The notes under the pieces are model-generated. The model was not told the origin of the DNA, did not search any database, and was given only the letters and a program-made list of their open reading frames with translations. Shown here in pieces: positions 9,543 through 19,532 of a stretch of 64,000 bases of DNA; position 1 is the first letter of the stretch, and each line of letters starts with the position of its first letter. The position numbers and the translations under genes were made by a program. This stretch comes from Flavobacteriales bacterium (GTDB lineage: Bacteria; Bacteroidota; Bacteroidia; NS11-12g; UBA9320). The stretch covers positions 208,999 through 272,998 of the forward strand of contig JACJZU010000001.1 of the NCBI GenBank assembly GCA_020635435.1, given 5' to 3'.

Positions 9543-10889
9543 ATGATAACGAGTTACTTTAGAAAATTGAGCATCTGGCTGATCATTCTGCTACCCTTGT
9601 GTGCAGATGCAGAGTCATTTATCATCCGGGGTGAAGAAGGGATACGCTTTAAACTTTGGGTAGAAGGACAGGAACGCACGAGTACCTATGTTTCAGAAAT
9701 CCGCATAGAAATAGCTGCCGGATTCCATAAATGCGAAGTTCTACCTGAGGGTTCAACAGAGCGTATATCCAAGAATATAGGACTTGCGGTAGGTATGAAT
9801 GACGTAATCTACGAGGTTCGAAACAAAAAGGGAAGTTTTATAATTCGTCCCGTTCTCGGAAGTGGCACGAATCCTAATCAAAAACCCGGTGAGATGCCTA
9901 ATATTCCCGGAGGACCAGTGCTATCGGGAAGTTCCCGGTCTACAGCCAAAGGCGAATTGAAATTCGATTGGACCTTCCTGGATGTTGGAACAGTTGATCA
10001 GGGTGGGATATTGAATTACTCGATCAATGTGAAAAGTACCGGAGATGCCGATCTCGTGATCAGCGATGTGACCACCGGTTGTGCGTGTATTGAAGTTTTG
10101 GATTTCCCGCGCACAGGCATTGCTCCCGGGCATTTTGGGAAGATCAACATCCGAATAACCGGCCCTTCCGATGAAGGTAGACAAGTAGAGAAAGTAACCG
10201 TGAAGGCCAATACCTTTATGGGCAGTAATTCGGTGAATATTGAATTTCATGTGACCGGGAACAAAGTTTCGACACCTGTGGTTGAACAGCCCGCGCCTAA
10301 ACCTTCTCCCACCCCAACTGTTCAAACTCCGGTCAACCGCAATACCAATGTGGTTCGCGACAATCGGGATGGCAACACATATCGGTTTGTGACCATTGGG
10401 AATGCCGTTTGGTTTGCTGAAAATTTGAGGTATAAAGCGGAACGCAGTTATCCGCATGAAAACGCTTCAGAGATCCTCAAACACGGATATCTGTACAGCT
10501 GGCCGGCAATGATCAAAGAAAAGGTCTGTCCGGTTGGATGGCACGTTGCCACCCCGGATGATTGGGATAAACTCGAACGTGCTTTGGGGCCCAACCCCGC
10601 GGCTGCAGCCAAGAGCAAAGACCAATGGGACGGAACCAACAGCTCCGGTTTGGATATGTTACCCAGTGGAAATGGACGCAGGATCAAAGTCGACGAGAAC
10701 TGGAAGATCGAGACGGGTTCGTATGGCTATACGGTGGGCTATTGGGCACACCACACGATCAGCAATGGTGTAACGGTTGAACATCAGGCTTTTTCGAGAA
10801 GCCTGAGTTCCGGCGAATCGACCTTCCGGGCCAAAGATGAGGGCAGATTATCGTCCGCTCTGTATTATTGCCGTTGTGTGAGAGATTGA
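9543..10889 (+). CDS. Secreted protein with DUF1573-like domain and C-terminal Fibrobacter-succinogenes-major-paralogous (FISUMP) domain
   Basis: It has a signal peptide. The segment VGTVDQGGILNYSINVKSTGDADLVISDVTTGCACIEV is DUF1573-like. The segment DGNTYRFVTIGNAVWFAENLRY...YLYSW...CPVGWHVATPDDWDKLE is the FISUMP signature. Confidence 0.75.
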   Translation: MITSYFRKLSIWLIILLPLCADAESFIIRGEEGIRFKLWVEGQERTSTYVSEIRIEIAAGFHKCEVLPEGSTERISKNIGLAVGMNDVIYEVRNKKGSFIIRPVLGSGTNPNQKPGEMPNIPGGPVLSGSSRSTAKGELKFDWTFLDVGTVDQGGILNYSINVKSTGDADLVISDVTTGCACIEVLDFPRTGIAPGHFGKINIRITGPSDEGRQVEKVTVKANTFMGSNSVNIEFHVTGNKVSTPVVEQPAPKPSPTPTVQTPVNRNTNVVRDNRDGNTYRFVTIGNAVWFAENLRYKAERSYPHENASEILKHGYLYSWPAMIKEKVCPVGWHVATPDDWDKLERALGPNPAAAAKSKDQWDGTNSSGLDMLPSGNGRRIKVDENWKIETGSYGYTVGYWAHHTISNGVTVEHQAFSRSLSSGESTFRAKDEGRLSSALYYCRCVRD

Positions 10890-10902
10890 CCTCCAAGGAA
10901 CG

Positions 10903-12234
10903 ATGCAAGCTTCAAGAACGCTTTATTTTTCAGTAGTTGTTGCCCTTGCAGGTTTTCTGTTCGGATTCGATACCGTTGTGATTTCCGGTGCCGATAAGGC
11001 GCTTCAGGAATTGTGGAACAGCACCGACCTGTTCCATGGCGTGGTGGTCATGTCCACAGCACTATGGGGAACCGTTATAGGTGCCTTGTTCGGGTCTGTG
11101 CCTACGAACCGATTGGGAAGGAAGGTCACCCTGATCGGGATCGGGCTCCTGTTCCTGATCTCCGCCGTGGGTTCGGCCGCAGCCAATTCCCCATGGGTTT
11201 TCGCACTGTTCCGCTTCACTGGTGGATTGGGCATCGGGATCTCGACCATTGCGGCTCCGGCCTATGTTTCCGAGATCGCCCCTGCCGGGCAGAGAGGAAA
11301 GCTGGTGGCGTTGTATCAGTTCAACATTGTATTCGGGATCCTGATCGCTTTCATATCCAATTACCTGCTCCGGAATTCCGGTGAATCGGCATGGCGCTTC
11401 ATGTTAGGGGTTGAAGCGCTCCCGGCTTTCGTATATGTCGTTCTGGTGAGCCGTGTTCCGGAGAGTCCGCGCTGGCTACTCGATTATCGCAATAACGAGG
11501 GGGCTGCACGCAGAACCTTGTTGAGTCTGCTTCCTGAAAGCGAAGCCGAGAACGAGTTAAAGAGCATGCGCAACGAGAAGAAGGAGGAGTTGAACGGCGA
11601 GCGCATCTATCAACCCAAATATCGGAGGGCGCTCTTGCTGGCTTTTTTCATCGCACTATTCAATCAATTATCGGGGATTAATGCATTCCTGTACTACGCA
11701 CCCCGGATCTTTGAACTGGCCGGTATGGCAAAATCGACGGCCCTTCTCAGCACGATCGGCGTTGGGATCATCAATCTGATATGCACCCTGATCGGGATTT
11801 CCATGATCGATCGATTTGGACGACGCACTTTGATGCTCATAGGTTCAGTAGGCTATATCGTTTCCCTGGGCCTGGTTACCGTGGCCTTCAAGCTGGGTTG
11901 GTCGGGAATGTCGGTTCCTGTCTTCTTTTTCCTTTTCATAGCAGCTCATGCCGTAGGACAGGGTGCAGTGATCTGGGTGTTCATTTCTGAGATTTTTCCG
12001 ACGCGTTTGCGTGCATCCGGACAGGCTTTCGGGTCTTCGGTACACTGGTTTCTCGCAGCAGCCATACCATCTCTGATCCCTTATCTGTTCACAGCAGTGG
12101 GACCGGCTTCGGTTTTCGCATTTTTCTGTGTGATGATGGTCTTCCAATTGTTCTGGGTACTGAAGCGCATGCCCGAAACCAAGGGGAAGAGGTTAGAGGA
12201 TCTGTCGAAGAGCCTGATCCTAAGAAGCAAATGA
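10903..12234 (+). CDS. MFS sugar porter (sugar:H+ symporter)
   Basis: 12-TM profile with sugar-porter signatures GRKVTLIG, PESPRWL, GRRTLMLIG and PETKGKRLEDL. Confidence 0.9.
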   Translation: MQASRTLYFSVVVALAGFLFGFDTVVISGADKALQELWNSTDLFHGVVVMSTALWGTVIGALFGSVPTNRLGRKVTLIGIGLLFLISAVGSAAANSPWVFALFRFTGGLGIGISTIAAPAYVSEIAPAGQRGKLVALYQFNIVFGILIAFISNYLLRNSGESAWRFMLGVEALPAFVYVVLVSRVPESPRWLLDYRNNEGAARRTLLSLLPESEAENELKSMRNEKKEELNGERIYQPKYRRALLLAFFIALFNQLSGINAFLYYAPRIFELAGMAKSTALLSTIGVGIINLICTLIGISMIDRFGRRTLMLIGSVGYIVSLGLVTVAFKLGWSGMSVPVFFFLFIAAHAVGQGAVIWVFISEIFPTRLRASGQAFGSSVHWFLAAAIPSLIPYLFTAVGPASVFAFFCVMMVFQLFWVLKRMPETKGKRLEDLSKSLILRSK

Positions 12235-12272
12235 ACATAACTCCTCTTGCCTTTATGGTAGAAAGAGGAAAA

Positions 12273-14273
12273 TTAAAAAAAGGATTTCTGAGGTTCCTTT
12301 GGACGAACCAATGGTTCAGAGGGTGAATATTCAATATCCAAAAACTGCAATTTCCCTTTAGGATCGATCCGGAGCAATAGGCTTTGATAGGGTTTGAACT
12401 CGATGGGCTGTTCTAAGCTATGCCCGTTATAGTTGAAAGTAAGATCTCGAATCACCGAGGCCTTCATGTGCGACATGCCCGAGTACAGTGGGTATCCCAG
12501 ATCCCTTGCTTTCGGTTGGGCAAGAAAAAGATACAGGGTACCATCCGCTTCCTGCCTGCACCAATAGGCCGGAATGCTGTCGCCACCGATCAGAGGTGGA
12601 TGGTCTATCAAAGTACTGAAGTCGCCGGACACATTCGGCAGTTTCTGCAAATGGCTTAACAATTCGCTGAATTCAGCTGATCTCTGCTTTCCCGGTTGTT
12701 TGGGAATACGTTTCAAACAAACCGGTAAACCCATTTGTGCGAGCTCCAAAATCCGGTCAAGCGAACGGATATCGAGGTAGTTCACATCGACATATAGCAA
12801 ACTGAAGCGAGCATCCCCAACCTGAAGTTTGCCGTCCTTGAATACGGCCAGATCAAGAAAATGTCGGTTTATCCAGAGTGGATGATAGCCCATGGTTTCG
12901 CTCGGCGGGTCGATGTAGCGCATCTCGTAGGCGCCCCATACCCAAACTCGCTGTAGTTCAGGAGGATACGCACCTTGCATTACGGCATCTTCAAACGGAA
13001 TATAAACCGCCACATCGCTGTAATTCTTTCCCTTTTGCAGGATACCACTGACCTTCTCGACGTATTTGTTGAAATCGGGCAACTCCGGGCTCAGGCTGCT
13101 TCCGGGACCGATGTAGGTTGTGGCAAAGAATTCAATGCTGTCCGAACCTTTGGGATTATAGGGCATTCCGTGGTAGAAATGTTGATTGACACCTTGGGCG
13201 AACAGGGCGTCGACCACGAGTTTGAGATCGGCACTTTGCTCTTGCCGGAGGTAGGTTGATGGAAAGCCGTACATGCACGTGAAGGTTTCGGAGCTAACGA
13301 CTTGTTTTTGGGCCAAAGTAGCTGAAGAACTCACGATCCTCGAAAAATTCGGATCATTCAGCATGGCCTCCGTTTCGGGTATGTCCACCAATGAATAGGT
13401 GGTAAGGATGTCGGTTGGAGATGCGAGGCACTGCACCCTTGAAAATGCTCCATTTTCCGTGCAGGTTCTGGCGTAAGGTTCGTAGAAACCGGTGCGAACC
13501 AGTTTGTCCAGCAGGAGCATATAATCGTAGCGCACATCGGGAAAGGAATCCAGACCGGCTTCCATAAAGGGAATGATATCATAGCCGAATTCCTGCCGGA
13601 ATAGCGTGTCGAAGCCGGTCGTCCAGATCTTCAGTTTTGAATTCATCTTTATTTCCCAGCTATCGGTGAACAAGGCGGAACGGCTTCCCTTGAGTGCAGG
13701 TTGCAGGGCCTGAAGGATAGGTTGGGCAAATTTGTGGAAGGCATTACTATCCAGGTGATCGATCACAAGTGGTTCCTCGGGCCAGGACCAGGAGAAGCTC
13801 ACTTTTTGACGGAAATTGGGATTCCCATATACTTTAACACTATGTGCGCTGTCTATATTCGATCCTGCTGAGGGCCATGCACTTCCAAAAGTGAAGTCAC
13901 AGGTAAGTCCGATCGAATCGGCGTACTTTTTAGTGAAGCTCACGGCCTCTACCCACTCCGTACTCAGCCATTTCGGAGCGCTGCTATCTACGGGATAGTG
14001 GCGGTTGTGTGTAGAAGCGTAGAGTTTGGCATAGCGGTGCAGTGGATAGACCCAGGCTATTTCAACGGTTCCGAAATTATTTTCCTTTGCCCAATCGAGC
14101 TGGTATTTGACATCTTCCTTTTGGATATCGGTTGCAAACCACCACCAGCGCACGCCGGGTTTTGAGGATGGGTAGAAGGGGTTGGACGTTAAAGTCGAAT
14201 TCGACCGCACACTACAGCTGAAGATCAGTGTAAATAGAAGTACCGAAGCCCCTACACGGAATACTTTATCCAT
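12273..14273 (-). CDS. Putative secreted glycoside hydrolase (family uncertain, possibly GH106-like)
   Basis: 666 aa with a signal/lipoprotein N-terminus (LIFSCS). The early KPGVRWWWF motif is seen in some glycosidase families. It neighbours a sugar porter and a GH28 gene. The family assignment is tentative. Confidence 0.5.
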   Translation of the reverse strand: MDKVFRVGASVLLFTLIFSCSVRSNSTLTSNPFYPSSKPGVRWWWFATDIQKEDVKYQLDWAKENNFGTVEIAWVYPLHRYAKLYASTHNRHYPVDSSAPKWLSTEWVEAVSFTKKYADSIGLTCDFTFGSAWPSAGSNIDSAHSVKVYGNPNFRQKVSFSWSWPEEPLVIDHLDSNAFHKFAQPILQALQPALKGSRSALFTDSWEIKMNSKLKIWTTGFDTLFRQEFGYDIIPFMEAGLDSFPDVRYDYMLLLDKLVRTGFYEPYARTCTENGAFSRVQCLASPTDILTTYSLVDIPETEAMLNDPNFSRIVSSSATLAQKQVVSSETFTCMYGFPSTYLRQEQSADLKLVVDALFAQGVNQHFYHGMPYNPKGSDSIEFFATTYIGPGSSLSPELPDFNKYVEKVSGILQKGKNYSDVAVYIPFEDAVMQGAYPPELQRVWVWGAYEMRYIDPPSETMGYHPLWINRHFLDLAVFKDGKLQVGDARFSLLYVDVNYLDIRSLDRILELAQMGLPVCLKRIPKQPGKQRSAEFSELLSHLQKLPNVSGDFSTLIDHPPLIGGDSIPAYWCRQEADGTLYLFLAQPKARDLGYPLYSGMSHMKASVIRDLTFNYNGHSLEQPIEFKPYQSLLLRIDPKGKLQFLDIEYSPSEPLVRPKEPQKSFF

Positions 14274-14334
14274 GGGTTAAAATTAGCCAAAATCGGATAC
14301 CTTCAAGTACATTTTAATCAGTAAACGACATACA

Positions 14335-15618
14335 TTGAAATGCTATATTTACCGAGTGAAACGCAATCTATTCAAGATACTTCTCATTCTATTCACTTTA
14401 CTCACCGGGTATATAATGGGTTACTTGCGGCTACCGATAAATGGGATATCCGGACAATTTTCACTGGGCTTAGTAATTGGAATATCGATAAGCATAGGGA
14501 TCGGTATTATTTATTGGACCGACTATTCATCCCGAAATTTAGATCACCAAAAAGGTGCATCTAATATTCTAATCAAATTGTCAGGCATAACTAAAAAATT
14601 AGTTTCTCCTAAGTTTTGTTTTATGGCAATTGTATTTTTCCTGACCGGTATTGTCACTTTAAACATTTACAGATTGCATAATGAATTGGTGAAAATTCAC
14701 AAGAAAGATGAGCAAAGATTAATTGAGATTTCAGAAGCGACACGAAATAGCAATAGGATGCTAATAGTTGACAAAGTCGTAGAGAAGATGGCACGTGAAA
14801 TTGATGCAAGTGAACTGAATACAGTTAGTGATGCTACGATCAATAGGATCGCTGCAATTAGCAATTTACTCAGGCCCTATGAATTATTAACCAACGATAA
14901 CAACGGTTCAGTAAAATTAAGTCCCGAGAGAGGGCAATTATTACTTTCAATCTTATTATTAAATCCCGATTCCAACACGTTCAAGCGCATCAAGAAAAGC
15001 GTCAATTTCCAATGGTCGGATTTGAGAGGTATTCAACTGCACGACGCCGACCTTTCTGGGATGAACTTGTGTCATTCCGACCTTAGTAATTCATCATTTA
15101 CTAATTCATCATTTACAAATTCAAATCTGAGTTTTAGCAAACTAGAACAAGTAGAAATATCCAATTGCGACCTCAGTCACTGTACTATCAGACAGTCGAA
15201 CTTACAGAATGCGATCTTAAGCAACTCCACTATATTTCAAACTAATTTTAGTGGGTCAAACATGAGATTTATTCAAATGAACGATTCAAAAGTGTTGGAA
15301 AGTTACTTTCAATGGGCAGACTTGACAGGTTGTTTTGCCGTCAAAGCCGATCTGTCCGGAAGTGATTTTGCTCGGTCAGAGATGTCCGGAGCGGATCTGA
15401 GGTTTTCCAACCTCGAAAATGGCAGATTAGCGAAGACTGTTCTAAACGGTGCGGATTTAAGCGGAGTAAATCTCGAGAATGTAAACGTACAGGAGAACTG
15501 GTTCTACAAAATGAAGAAAGTTCAATTAATCGGAATAGATTCAATAATGCGATCTTACCGAGTTGACACTACTGAATCAAAAGGAGGATCAAAATATTTC
15601 TACCTGAGAAAACTATAG
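14335..15618 (+). CDS. Membrane-anchored pentapeptide-repeat protein
   Basis: N-terminal TM segments are followed by about 200 aa of A(D/N)LXX pentapeptide repeats (DLRGIQLHDADLSGMNLCHSDLSNSSFTNSSFTNSNLSFSKLEQ...ADLSGVNLENVNV). The start is a TTG, with an alternative GTG at 14356. The coding sequence is AT-rich. Confidence 0.8.
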   Translation: MKCYIYRVKRNLFKILLILFTLLTGYIMGYLRLPINGISGQFSLGLVIGISISIGIGIIYWTDYSSRNLDHQKGASNILIKLSGITKKLVSPKFCFMAIVFFLTGIVTLNIYRLHNELVKIHKKDEQRLIEISEATRNSNRMLIVDKVVEKMAREIDASELNTVSDATINRIAAISNLLRPYELLTNDNNGSVKLSPERGQLLLSILLLNPDSNTFKRIKKSVNFQWSDLRGIQLHDADLSGMNLCHSDLSNSSFTNSSFTNSNLSFSKLEQVEISNCDLSHCTIRQSNLQNAILSNSTIFQTNFSGSNMRFIQMNDSKVLESYFQWADLTGCFAVKADLSGSDFARSEMSGADLRFSNLENGRLAKTVLNGADLSGVNLENVNVQENWFYKMKKVQLIGIDSIMRSYRVDTTESKGGSKYFYLRKL

Positions 15619-15641
15619 ATATGTTATCTTTCAATAGAATT

Positions 15642-16664
15642 CTATAGCTCATCTTTAAAAGGCATTCCATTACGTACAACCTCAATCTTTTTACAAAACC
15701 TTTGTATTATCAAGTCATGTGCACTGAATGGTCTAAACCTAATTTTAAATGATCGTGCATAATAGTTCTGCAGATCATTGAGATATGCTGCCAGCAGTTC
15801 AGGCGTCCATATTGTCGCAGCATTCAACATGTACTTTTCATTCAAACTAAGCGCCAATCGCTGGCCCAACTGATTATTGATCATGTCAACATAATTATCT
15901 ACGGGATTATTATTGGTATCCGCCAATTGCTCCGGTTTGAATTGGCCGGTAATTAATTCAGGCATATTATGTCTTTCATGAACATCTCCCACAAAATCAG
16001 CCAAATCCTCCGAAAAAATACTAGTTATCAAAGCTTGGGACGTAGTGTGATTAAACGTGTTGAGAAACCCTTTTTCAGAACTATCCCGGGCCGACACAAA
16101 CGCAAATTGCGCTGTACTGATATTATTTACAGAAGCTAAGGCCAAATCAAAAAAAGCAACATCACCTTCCCCAAAATAGGCGGGCCTTCTCCTTGAAAGC
16201 ATGTATACCATGTTCAATTCCCTACGATTGGCAACAGCGAATGGCGACTTAAATATCAAGTGGACGCGGTCCATTAATCCTCCGTCTCTACTTTTTACGA
16301 AATCGCTCTGAGCCACCCCTTCGTACAATTCCGCCTTGATCACACAGCCCCTGTGTTCATAGTTAAGTGCAACACTCTTCACTCTCCTCTTGAACCAATT
16401 TCTTTTCTTGTTTGAATAAACAATTTCTACATCATTTGCAAAGTCGTTGAGTGTTTCATATCGACTTGCCAACATTACAGGAATTGAATTTGTGATGATA
16501 TTGGTATAAAACTCTTTATCTCGTCTCGCATAGTTTTCAAATACGGATTGCTCGTCCGTTCGTATTGAACCTAAGCTTATATCTTGTTCCTGCAAGAAAA
16601 AATTACAACCGCTGTATGCAATAAGCAAGAAGCTGGTAATTAGAAGAGATGCGATTCTATACAT
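15642..16664 (-). CDS. Hypothetical lipoprotein
   Basis: The N-terminus MYRIASLLITSFLLIAYSGC has a lipobox. I recognise no family. It contains NTFNHTTSQALIT...VHERHN, a possible His/Glu motif. It is AT-rich and convergent with the pentapeptide gene. Confidence 0.6.
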   Translation of the reverse strand: MYRIASLLITSFLLIAYSGCNFFLQEQDISLGSIRTDEQSVFENYARRDKEFYTNIITNSIPVMLASRYETLNDFANDVEIVYSNKKRNWFKRRVKSVALNYEHRGCVIKAELYEGVAQSDFVKSRDGGLMDRVHLIFKSPFAVANRRELNMVYMLSRRRPAYFGEGDVAFFDLALASVNNISTAQFAFVSARDSSEKGFLNTFNHTTSQALITSIFSEDLADFVGDVHERHNMPELITGQFKPEQLADTNNNPVDNYVDMINNQLGQRLALSLNEKYMLNAATIWTPELLAAYLNDLQNYYARSFKIRFRPFSAHDLIIQRFCKKIEVVRNGMPFKDEL

Positions 16665-16793
16665 GTAAACTTCTGATCATACCCGTAGAGGGCAAAGTTA
16701 GCCCATAAGAGGTGAAAAGGACTAGGTAGATAGATTGCTTGTTGTTGGTTGAAAGCAGATTGATTAAGTAACTTGCGTACACATAGGATTTGA

Positions 16794-18296
16794 ATGATTG
16801 TAATTGCGAGAGCCCTGTTTTTATTCATTTTTTTAAGTCAGTTTCCAATGCTCCCATCGGCAGCTGAATATGACATTCGCGACTATGGGGCAATTGGTGA
16901 CGCAAAACAGCTGAATACCGCGTTCATACAGGATGCAATTGACAATGCCCACGAAGCAGGTGGCGGCACCGTCATTATCCCCAAAGGCAAATTCGTTTCC
17001 GGCGGCATTGTATTGAAGTCCGGTGTTGAGCTGCATCTTCAAAAAGGTGCCTGCTTATTGGGGAGCACCAATATTAGCGACTACCGTTCCATATCCCGCA
17101 ACAAGTGGAGTGCACTTATCATGGCGGATGCCGCACAGGACATTGCCATCACGGGAAAAGGAGTGATCGACGGACGCGGAAGGTCGCTGGCCATGCATGT
17201 AGATAGTCTATTCTATGCCGGGCAACTCGATAGTTCCCTGTATCAAATGACCGAACGACGTCCCGTTGCACATGCACGCCCGCAGATCATCCAGTTTGTG
17301 AACTGCTCGGGGATCAGGGTTACCGGTGTTTCCATACTCAATTCGTCGAGTTGGGTGCAATCCTACGATATGTGCCGCAACATCGAGATCGATCGCATTC
17401 GGGTTTACAGCCTCGCCTATTGGAATAATGACGGGATCGATATAATCGACTCCAGGAACGTTCGCATCACCAACAGTTACTTTAACAGCACCGACGATGG
17501 GATTTGCCTCAAAAGCTATCAAAGAGCGGGAGGACTCCAGGTTTGGTGCGACAGCATCTACATCGGCAATTGCACGGTTCGCTCCAGTGCAAGTGCCGTA
17601 AAACTGGGCACTTCGTCCTTTGGTGGTTTTCGAAATGTAGTGATTGAAAAGATCAAGGTATTCGACACCTTTCGATCGGCCATTGCCCTTGAATGTTGGG
17701 AAACTGGGATACTTGAGAATATTCTCGTGCAGGACATCAAAGCAACCAATACCGGGAACGCATTGTTCATACGTCTGAGCAAGCGCGAAAAGTTCAACCA
17801 TCTGCCCATGGGCAAATTGCGAAATGTGGTGGTTCGAAATATGAAGGTACAGATCCCCTTCGATCAACCCGATTACGAATATGATTTCAGAGGACCGGCC
17901 CTACCCTTCTTCCACAATACCATGCCAGCATCCATCACGGGGATACCGGGACATCCCGTGGAGAACATCGTTTTGGAGAACATCCGCATCAGCTATCCGG
18001 GAAGGGGAAACCCGGCTTATGCCAATCTGCCAACCTCACGCATCGGTGATGTTCCAGAAAAGATCAGCGAATACCCTGAATTCTCGATGTTCGGGGAATT
18101 ACCGGCCTGGGGGTTATACGTACGACATGCCGATGGCCTAACCCTGCAAAAAATTCGATTCAAACTCCGAAAACCCGACTATCGACCGGCTGTAGCCATG
18201 GATGACGCGATCAATGTTGATTTAAAGGATGTGAAGTTTCCGGGAGACTCAAAGCCTGAGCCTATCTTCCTGAACAACTCCTCCGTAAAAGAGTAG
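16794..18296 (+). CDS. Glycoside hydrolase family 28 (polygalacturonase-like)
   Basis: Right-handed beta-helix signatures: YDIRDYGAIGD, WNNDGIDIIDSRNVRITNSYFNSTDDGICLKS (the GH28 catalytic Asp cluster) and RSAIAL. Confidence 0.85.
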   Translation: MIVIARALFLFIFLSQFPMLPSAAEYDIRDYGAIGDAKQLNTAFIQDAIDNAHEAGGGTVIIPKGKFVSGGIVLKSGVELHLQKGACLLGSTNISDYRSISRNKWSALIMADAAQDIAITGKGVIDGRGRSLAMHVDSLFYAGQLDSSLYQMTERRPVAHARPQIIQFVNCSGIRVTGVSILNSSSWVQSYDMCRNIEIDRIRVYSLAYWNNDGIDIIDSRNVRITNSYFNSTDDGICLKSYQRAGGLQVWCDSIYIGNCTVRSSASAVKLGTSSFGGFRNVVIEKIKVFDTFRSAIALECWETGILENILVQDIKATNTGNALFIRLSKREKFNHLPMGKLRNVVVRNMKVQIPFDQPDYEYDFRGPALPFFHNTMPASITGIPGHPVENIVLENIRISYPGRGNPAYANLPTSRIGDVPEKISEYPEFSMFGELPAWGLYVRHADGLTLQKIRFKLRKPDYRPAVAMDDAINVDLKDVKFPGDSKPEPIFLNNSSVKE

Positions 18297-18300
18297 CGCT

Positions 18301-19425
18301 TTACCTCTTGAGCTTTTTGGAAATTTTCTGAAAATTCAAGGAACTCTTCCCTTTATCCGTTGAGGTGGCAACGGCAATCCCCCTTTGTTCCAGCTCGTTG
18401 ACGGCGCTGTAAAAATGATAGACCGTGCCCTTCCATTTCACAACACAGGGCTTGTGTGCATACTTGATATCGTAGGGTTCCGAGGAACGAATGAGATCTT
18501 CACCGGCCCAGTCTGTCCAATGCACCAGATCGTAGGAACACGCAAATCGGTTGAAAGCATCTTTACGGCCCTCAGGCCAAAAAGCACCGTAATAGAACAT
18601 TACGTACAGATCGCCCATCTTTTGTACCACCGCATCACCGGTAAGCCCGGTTTCGTGAGCCAGTATGGGATTCCCCGCGTATCGCTCCCAATGAAGCATA
18701 TCCGAGGAGGTCGCCATACCGATCCGTTCGATCCAGCTCTTGAATGAGGAAGTATCGCCCACGGCATTGTAATACATGATGAAAGGCTTGCCCAATTGCT
18801 CCGTCTTATCCCAGATCACCGAGCTTTTGTACAATTTCTTTCGTTCCCAAAAACCGGCATCCGCATCCGTGGTTCGCATCAGCGGTTCCTGATGTCGCAT
18901 CCACTCGTGTTGCAAGGGCAACGTCGTATCGGTATGGGCCATACCTATGGATAGGGTCCCTCGTTCGTATCCCTGAGTGCTCCCGCCGAAATACGACATC
19001 CAATACTTACTGTCGTAGCTCTGCAGCTCATAGGTGCCACCCCATTCGTGTTCGACAAGGGCCGGATATCCCGCCGCCTGATTCCAATCCCATCGTTCCT
19101 CTGATGTAAACGGCAGTACAGGACCCAATTTCTCCCAATTGAGTAGATCGGCACTCTGCGCCAACCAGGTCTCATATCCACGTCCGTTGAAAATGAGGTA
19201 GGTCATGTACCAGAGATCGCCCTTACGAAACACAGTTGGGCAATCCACCATGTTCGATGTATCTTCATGAACCATCACCAAGCCGTATTTAAAAGGGGTT
19301 TTTACCTCTTCATACACGCGCTTCATCACCGAATCAGGTATCGTATCCGATCCCGTCTGGCCATAGGAATGCCCGGTCGAAAGTCCAATACTTACCAAAA
19401 TGAAGATCAACAACTGCCTGAACAT
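18301..19425 (-). CDS. Secreted beta-propeller glycosidase-like protein (GH43/GH130-like, tentative)
   Basis: It has a signal peptide and repeated W/Y-rich blades (WYMTY, YWMSYFGG, FIMYYNA, YVMFYYGA). It sits beside GH28. The fold and family are inferred by eye only. Confidence 0.5.
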   Translation of the reverse strand: MFRQLLIFILVSIGLSTGHSYGQTGSDTIPDSVMKRVYEEVKTPFKYGLVMVHEDTSNMVDCPTVFRKGDLWYMTYLIFNGRGYETWLAQSADLLNWEKLGPVLPFTSEERWDWNQAAGYPALVEHEWGGTYELQSYDSKYWMSYFGGSTQGYERGTLSIGMAHTDTTLPLQHEWMRHQEPLMRTTDADAGFWERKKLYKSSVIWDKTEQLGKPFIMYYNAVGDTSSFKSWIERIGMATSSDMLHWERYAGNPILAHETGLTGDAVVQKMGDLYVMFYYGAFWPEGRKDAFNRFACSYDLVHWTDWAGEDLIRSSEPYDIKYAHKPCVVKWKGTVYHFYSAVNELEQRGIAVATSTDKGKSSLNFQKISKKLKR

Positions 19426-19532
19426 GTGCGTTCTCGAAAATAATCCATTACATCATACCACCACTCCCAACTAAGTAAAACCACCCCCTTTATTCACTCC
19501 CGATCACGATTCACTCCCGATCACGATCGGGA

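Noticed and set aside
12240-12262. Hairpin TCCTCTT...AAGAGGA between the convergent sugar porter and glycosidase genes, considered as a terminator.
   Set aside because: The flanking runs are in the wrong orientation: an A-run follows the hairpin on the plus strand and a T-run precedes it on the minus strand. A rho-independent terminator call is not justified.
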